This document shows positions 56,271 to 64,000 of a DNA stretch of 64,000 bases, piece after piece (the stretch's first letter is position 1; every line of letters starts with the position of its first letter). This DNA is from the human T2T-CHM13v2.0 reference genome, Homo sapiens: the NCBI RefSeq assembly GCF_009914755.1, contig NC_060927.1; one strand, 5' to 3'. The translations under genes were made by a program, and so were the position numbers. The notes under the pieces were generated by a model. It saw nothing but the letters and a program-made list of their open reading frames with translations. It made no database searches and was not told where the DNA came from.

Positions 56271-56576
56271 CTTTCCCTGTACTCTCTAGGACTAAAACAG
56301 AGGAAGACATACAGAAGTTTTATAAGTGTAAATAGTGATCTCAAAGCCCCCAATTGATAGGAGCACATAAGGACAAATAAAAATCAATGAGAAAACTTAA
56401 GAGGTTGCAGTGATGGTTTCTGGTAGTAGTAAGCCTCAAACGAAATGTACTGCCCTCTATTTGGAGCTGTTCCCTCTTAAATCAAATGCAGATGCCCTCC
56501 AAAAGTGATGCAACATCTTCTGATCCAATCCTTTCAAGCAAGCCAGAAACTGATCTTAACGTGGAATTGGTCATTA

Positions 56577-56905
<329 letters not shown>

Positions 56906-58439
56906 TCCAAGTGGTATATTGATGTAAATAATTAATATCTTACAATGATATATGATCAATAGCAAAAGTATACTGGAAATTACTTAATTGGACATAAATC
57001 AGTTCTCAAATAAAAAATTATTTATGTTCCTGAAGAACTTGATTCAGAGAGTAAATATACCTGTTTTTCATCAATGGAAATTTAAATATAATATCAGTAA
57101 CAAATTTACATAGAGGAAAATCAATTTTATTTTGGTCTAGAGTATATACTATCATGAGACTTGGCAAAGACCCTAATAAGTATACAGATCACGGCTTGAG
57201 GCATCAGATCAGCATGATTAAAGATTATGTTTGAATTGTCTCCTGATATACAAAATTAACCATTTCTTAAGTAATACTAAACTCAGCTATCCTATTTGCT
57301 ACACAAATTTAAGCCATTATAAAAGCAACATTTTAGTTAATTTTCAATATCTCTATTTACTTTCTGTGCATATTTTTATGTACTTACACTTAAATCTTAA
57401 CTTTCAGATAGTCCTACCTTATTTAATTTTTTTACCTTTAAAAAGTCATAACCTGTGGTATAATCTTCTTTTGATATGCTTAACAAAATATAACAATGAA
57501 ATGTAGTGTAAAAAGTTTAAATACTTTTAAAAATATATTTTTAAATAGCTTAAGAAATATATTTTGAAAATATATTTTACACAAATATGAATGTGTGAAA
57601 TATCTATTCACACATTTTTACCCTAATGCACAGAAATCCTTTCGTTTAGAAAAATAGAAATTGTATTCATAATTTCCCTTAAAGACTCTCAAAACCATAA
57701 GGATGATACATGCAGATATTAACTATTAGATATTACATGTTTAAAGCAGGAAAGAATGAAAACGTTAACTTCCTAGAAAACTGCAAATATCAAATTCTTT
57801 TTCTTTTGGTTTTTTAACTTAAGAGGTGTGCATTAATTACTATTAGTAATTAATTAGTCACCAAATATTCTAAAGGTGGGAACAAAAGGTTCTTACAACT
57901 CAGAGATGAATCTATTTATATTTGACTTTTTTTCTCAGACACTGGTCTCCTAACACTTTATAAGTTCAATAAGATGTGAATATAGATAATTAGGGTATTC
58001 CTATATAATCAGGTAGAAAGTGAATACATTTGTGTCAGTAGCTACAATAATTTGCATTAAATGAATGAGTGAATAAAAAATAAATCATAAAAAGGCACTG
58101 TTTGGGATTGGTATAAAACATTTACTTTTAATACATAAATTATTAATATTAAGCAGTTATATTACAAATGACAGAGAACTGTTATTGAGGTGCAAATAAC
58201 TCAACAGTAAATATTAGCCATGACTAGGTTATAGGGTGTTTCTGGAATTCTTGCTTCTTTTTAGATTAGTATAATGCTCTACTCAAGGTGTAGAGTAAAT
58301 CTGCAATAACTAGAGCAAATAATAAGTGGTAGAAAAAAAAGGATCTATACAGAAGACCATATTTTATTACATGGTTTCAGAATAGCATTATGATTATGAT
58401 GACTAATGAGAGGAGGAAGAAGAAGAGATGTTTTTAATT

Positions 58440-58600
58440 TTAAAGTGCTTTGGTATGTTGTCATCTCTAATTTACAGATGAGGAAACTGAGCGTAAAAGC
58501 ACACGAAGAGCTGCCTATATCTCATAGCCAATAAGAGATAACAGAGAAACTTAAATCCCTCTCTTCTATTTCTAAACCCTGTACTCTTTCTACTCTATTA
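58440..58600 (-). mobile_element. MIR
   Basis: 'catctctaatttacagatgaggaaactgag'. Confidence 0.75.
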
Positions 58601-58928
58601 TATTGTCTCTTTATTCCCTGAAACCAGAGATATGTATTAACAGTAAAATTCTTAAATACTGCAGTTAAAATAGAAATTCCTCCAAGCCAGTGTTGAAAGC
58701 ACCACAGTATTTATAAAAATAAAAATCAGCTTCTTAAAAAATTATTGTTCTTAAATAAATTTAAAAAGAACAAAATCTTCTTTGAGTTCCCCTATATTCC
58801 TCATACAGAATCTTGGCAGTGATAATCTGCACCGTAAACTGTGAAGTAAATTGTGTATGTGAATGAAAACAATAAGAACCTACAGAAACACATGGGAGAT
58901 CTAACTCGGATAGGATGGTCTGAGTAGC

Positions 58929-59256
58929 GTAGGGACATGGATGAAGCTAGAAACCATCATTCTGAGCAAACTGTCACAAGGACAGAAAACCAAATACCGC
59001 ATGTTCTCACTCATAGGTGGGAATTGAACAATGAGAACACTTGGACACAGGGTGGGGAACATCACACACCGGGCCTGTCCTGGGGTGGGGAGATGGGGGA
59101 GGGATTGCATTAGGAGATGTACCTAATGTAAATGACAAGTTAAGGGGTGCAGCACACCAACATGGCACATGTACACATATGTAACAAACCTGCACATTGT
59201 GCACATGTACCCTAGAACTTAAAGTATAATAAAAAAGGAAGAAAAATAATAATAAT
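58929..59256 (+). mobile_element. L1PA (about PA5-PA6) 3' end, 5'-truncated
   Basis: 'gtagggacatggatgaagctagaaaccatcattct...catgttctcactcataggtgggaattgaacaatgagaacacttggacacagg...cctagaacttaaagtataataaa'. Confidence 0.95.
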
Positions 59257-59559
59257 ATTATCACATTTCACAGAGTTTACAGTCTGGCGGAGGAGAAAAA
59301 CATTAAACTAATAATTATATAACCACTTATTTATTTACACCTGAGGTCTATTCGTTATCTTTGACTATGCCATATAATTCCAATCTGAACTCACTTGTAT
59401 GCATTACTTAGCTTGGCGATGCTTGATGTTCTCCTTTCTATTTCCTTATGTCCTATGCTTCATGTTTTTTTCAAGGCCCAGCTTAAGTTCAGCCTCTTCC
59501 CAGCAGTTCACAGAGATCTCTGCCTCCACTAAATATCTTTAGCACTTAATGATTCTTTT

Positions 59560-59720
59560 TCAACAATGGCAAATGGGTTTCCTATTACATGAAACTTCCA
59601 ACAATTGGTATGGTTGTCAAAGTACTGTCTTCAGAGGGACTCTGAGGTCAAGTTTTGGTGTAGTGACAGAGACAGCCATAATGGATTAGTGTTGTTTCAT
59701 GGACAGTGAAGGGGAGACAG
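59560..59720 (+). mobile_element. MER102-like hAT DNA transposon fragment
   Basis: 'tggcaaatgggtttc...aattggtatggttgtc...gggactctgaggtc...atggattagtgttgt' resembles the MER102 consensus. Confidence 0.5.
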
Positions 59721-60238
59721 GGGATGCTGAATTTAGAACATTGACTTCACAAATAGACTGCCTAACTTAAAAAAAATGTTTGTAGCATTTATTTTACACC
59801 AAATCCAGGTCTAAGCATGCAATTTGACACTGAGAGTGCCTTGTTTTATTTTTTAAAAAACCTGTATCATGTCTCCTCAAGTATCATAAGATTCTTGCAT
59901 GTAATACTTCTCTATGCTCACAGCATGTAGTCATGCCTTGAAACATAGGCATTTGCTGATGACAATAAATTACCATTTTAGAATTCACTCTTATTACTAT
60001 TGTGAACTCCATTTATGTCATAGCTTCTCTCAAAATATTATCAATATTGAACCCATTTTAGAAAAACTTTGTAACATAAGCTATAAAATGTAAGTAAATA
60101 TATTGTCTTTACCATGACCAGATTCAAATTCAACATTAGGATATTGATAACACTTAACGATTAAATATATACCTGCCAAATAATAAAATGAAACAAAGAG
60201 AAGATAACTACTTCTTAAATGAGTTTAAACATTTTTTA

Positions 60239-60661
<423 letters not shown>

Positions 60662-62599
60662 TTAGTTTAGACCTTATTTTAGAGAGATAGCTCCATTTTA
60701 CATTCCGTCTTGCTAAGGAAGTGTATTCATCATATTCCATAACAGCTCACAGTTTGTTATACATTAACTGCTTATTCTCTGTGCCAATAAGACTGTGCTG
60801 GAACAGCAAATAAATTTGGTGCATTCATTTAAATGATTCTGCAAACCACAGGCTACCCAGTTGTCTAATGATAAGAGAGCCCCAAAGCCACCTGATCACC
60901 ATTATACTCCCTTATTTTTTTGGATTTGCATGGTCAGTACTGTCAGGATCTGAATACAGAGAAGAATGAGAAGTAAAAGTATACCTCAGACCTAATCATG
61001 AAAAGGGATTTTATTAATTTCGGCACCAGTGATGATGTGGCTAGGTTGGAAGGGGAATGGGATATAAGATCTGGAGTGCTTTATCTGCTCCAAGACCAAT
61101 GCTGGTTTTGGCACTTCTCTCACTCTAGTGAGTTGCAAAAAAAACAAGCAGGTGCTAGCAATCTGAGAGACCACATGCCAGCTACAGCTGCTTCAAACTG
61201 ATTCAATTACATCTGCCTGAATAGTCCCAGGACATCAAACTAGTTGAAGAGATCCATAGGTTGCAAGGAGACTTTGTCTATCCTGATGGACAACTGTCTC
61301 TGAGATAATGACCTGCAAATTTCCAGGTTGTGATATAAAGTGATCATTCCATCACCAGGCATAAGAGAAAAGATGGGGGAATGCGATGTTTTATTCACTT
61401 TAAAATTAAAAATTGGTTGTAGAAAGCACAAAGGCCTCTTTGAATTTAAATCTGAAAGTCACTAAGGCCTTATGGATACCTTGAAACAGCCCAATTTTGT
61501 GAGAACATTTCCCAAATCATTGGGTACAGCACATTTACAGAACATGCTCTTGGGATCCGGACTTCGCTCCAAACCTTGTTTGTACAAAAAGGGGCCAAGC
61601 AGCTGGGAAATTCTGGAGTGGAGTGTGTCCTCATTAGTTCCCATCTGCCACCAGAACTCAGCTCATGGCAAGTTTGGCTAAGTCCTGGTGTACTCAGGTC
61701 CAAATGTGGGTCAGTTTTAATTACACTATACAGAATTCAGTGTGCAGTTTTAAAATCCTTATTATACAGCACAGAGGAATGGGCAGCTCTCCAGCTAATC
61801 AATTTTTTAAAAGTACATATATAAAAATTTTAAACCAGGCTAGACAGACAGTGGGTGGAAAAAAATCTTTAAATGAGTACAAGGGTTACTTAAGAGAATT
61901 ATTAGTGAAATTGGGTCATGAACAAGTTCTGCTTTAAAGCTTCAAAGTGAGAAACAAACTGTTTTCATTGGTAAGTTGGAAAACTTATGTAAGGTACACA
62001 ATGTGCCTTGCTCTTTAGTGTGAATAACAATAAGCCTGTGGCCAGGGTACACAACACACCTACAAGTGAACTGGCTTTCATGTAAGCAGAAATGTTCCCA
62101 ATTTTGTGACTCTTCACTCCATCCCCTTTTGATGTTTATCACTTATGGCAAAGACTGGATAAAAGAAAAAAATCACAAGCTACCTGGTAAATAGTGAAAA
62201 AAAAAAGATGAGGAAGGGGAGGGAGTGAGAGAAAAGGAGAGTAGAAAGCACAAGTGCTGAGTAGCAGACTCTGGGCATGACTTGTCTCTCAGTGCCATCC
62301 ATACAAATGGGGGCCAGAATCAACGCTTGCAGTCTATGTTCAGATTCCATCCTGTCCAAAAGCTTTATCAGGTTCAGGAGCGCTAAAACACTAAGCCTTC
62401 GAAGACAATTGTCAGTAAAAAATTCAGGAGTAAACACGTCGGCAGTCAGTGATTAGGCATTTATGCACCATTTTTGATAGATAAAATGTCCCTTGACACA
62501 AGTCCTAATGACAACAACAACAACAACAACAAAACACAAAAACCTTAAATGTTCAAAGTATCTTTGGGCTTTTGACTGAGTTTTTATCAGGTTTATCCA

Positions 62600-62905
62600 T
62601 TTAAAATGCAGCACGGGATGCTAGGTTCAAATACCAGCATTGAATATTTACAAGCTATATGACTTTGGACAAATTGCTTATCCTCTCTGACATTTTGTTT
62701 TCTCACCTGCAAAATGGGAGAAATAACATCTTCCTCACAGGGCTGTTGCAAGGATCATAAAACATATATGCATACATATATTGGATATTACATATCTATA
62801 TATACATACATGCATATATATACATATACACTCACATAAATGTGCATATGTATATATATAGCATCTGGAACATGAAAGTCACTCAATAAATGTTAACTAT
62901 CATTA
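62600..62905 (+). mobile_element. MIR with an internal TA/CA-rich expansion
   Basis: 'gttttctcacctgcaaaatgggagaaataac...ctcacagggctgttgcaaggatc...actcaataaatgttaactat'. Confidence 0.75.
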
Positions 62906-62911
62906 ACCCAG

Positions 62912-63335
62912 TTATGATGAACTAAATTTTGTTCCCCAACCCCTCCAAAAAAAAACATGTGTTGGAGTTCTAACCCCAAGTACTTCCAAATGTGATCTTA
63001 CTTGGACATAGGTCTCTAAAGAGGTAATCGAGTTAAAATAATGCAATTAGGGTGGGCCTGAATTCAATATGACTGATGTCCTTATAAAAGCAGAGAAATC
63101 TGGGGACAGAGACAGATACTTACAGAGGGAAGACAGAGGAAGACATATGGAGAGACATAGGAAGGAGATGGCCATCTATATGTCAAGGAGAAAGGCTGGA
63201 ACAGATCCTTCCCTCACAGCCCTGAGAAGAACCAACCTGGCTAATAAACCTTGATTTCAGACTTCTGAACTGTGAGAAAACAAATGTCTGTTTAAGCCAC
63301 CAAGTTTGTGGTCCTTTGTAATATTCCCAACTAAA
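62912..63335 (+). mobile_element. MLT1B-like solo LTR
   Basis: 'ctaaccccaagtacttccaaatgtgatcttacttgg...attagggtgggcctgaattcaatatgactgatgtccttataaaag...cagatccttccctcacagccct'. Confidence 0.85.
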
Positions 63336-64000
63336 TAAAAATTCCATTAATCATCAATATTTACCTTGATTCATCATGGTCGAAACTATACATTTGATAT
63401 TAGGCAGGTCTGTATTACCTCTGGTGAGTAATAATCAATTCTATATATATTATCTAGTGATGTTTTCATTATTTTAAAAGAATCCTTTTCTGATTGCTGT
63501 ACAAGAAGATACTGCTGCAATATAAACAGCCTGGCAGAGGAAAATGGTTTACTATAATTAAGATCATCTAGTTATTATTAAAGATAATTAAGGGAAAATC
63601 ATACATATAAATTCATAAATCCACTTTTCTACTGTTGAGTTTGCATAGAAGGAAATCAGAAAATCTTACCACACTAATTTCCTTCTCAAGAAAAAATAAA
63701 ACCTTACACAGCGATTTATGCACTGACAACTATGCTCACTAAACCTGAGGCTGCTTAGATTACCAACAGGACCACTTTTAAGTCATTTTGATGCATATGA
63801 AAGTAACTCATCAAGCATGGGTTCTTCATCCTTTGCAAGAGACTGCTTTTAAAGGTATCTGACTTTCAGAAGAGGGATGAGAGTTGTCTGGGTTGTGTCA
63901 ACACGCTTTCTATTGCAAGACATACCTCCATAATCAACAGACATTGAAGTGAATGTGAGCATCCCCATCTTAAGTTTTTCTTTAAACAGCCCTAGCCTTC

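Noticed and set aside
59082-59103. G-quadruplex motif
   Set aside because: This is the ordinary G-rich tract of the L1 3' UTR.

Overview
AT-rich, repeat-dense primate genomic DNA, almost certainly human (it carries an AluYa5-lineage copy). I recognise no protein-coding gene, CpG island or RNA gene. The listed ORFs are chance or repeat-derived. The window holds about 12 Alus (J, S and Y), seven solo LTRs (THE1D, MST, MLT1, MLT2), L1PA/L1PB/L1M fragments, many MIR/L2/CR1 relics and microsatellites. Five of seven LTRs lie on +, and most splice-like signals lie on -, which weakly suggests a large intron of a minus-strand gene that I cannot name. The best-supported unusual feature is an apparent ~850 bp inversion (about 12001-12850) between two (TA)n tracts: flipping it back restores both a split AluJ and a split L1M. 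Other notable items are a tailless, internally primed Alu with a TSD, an L1PB inserted in an AluJ without a TSD, a young AluYa5-like element, a 25-bp x3 repeat of POU-type sites, and several unverified short-exon and enhancer candidates. I found no evidence of a novel multi-gene system. Repeat subfamilies were assigned by eye from remembered consensus sequences, and boundaries of old repeats are approximate.
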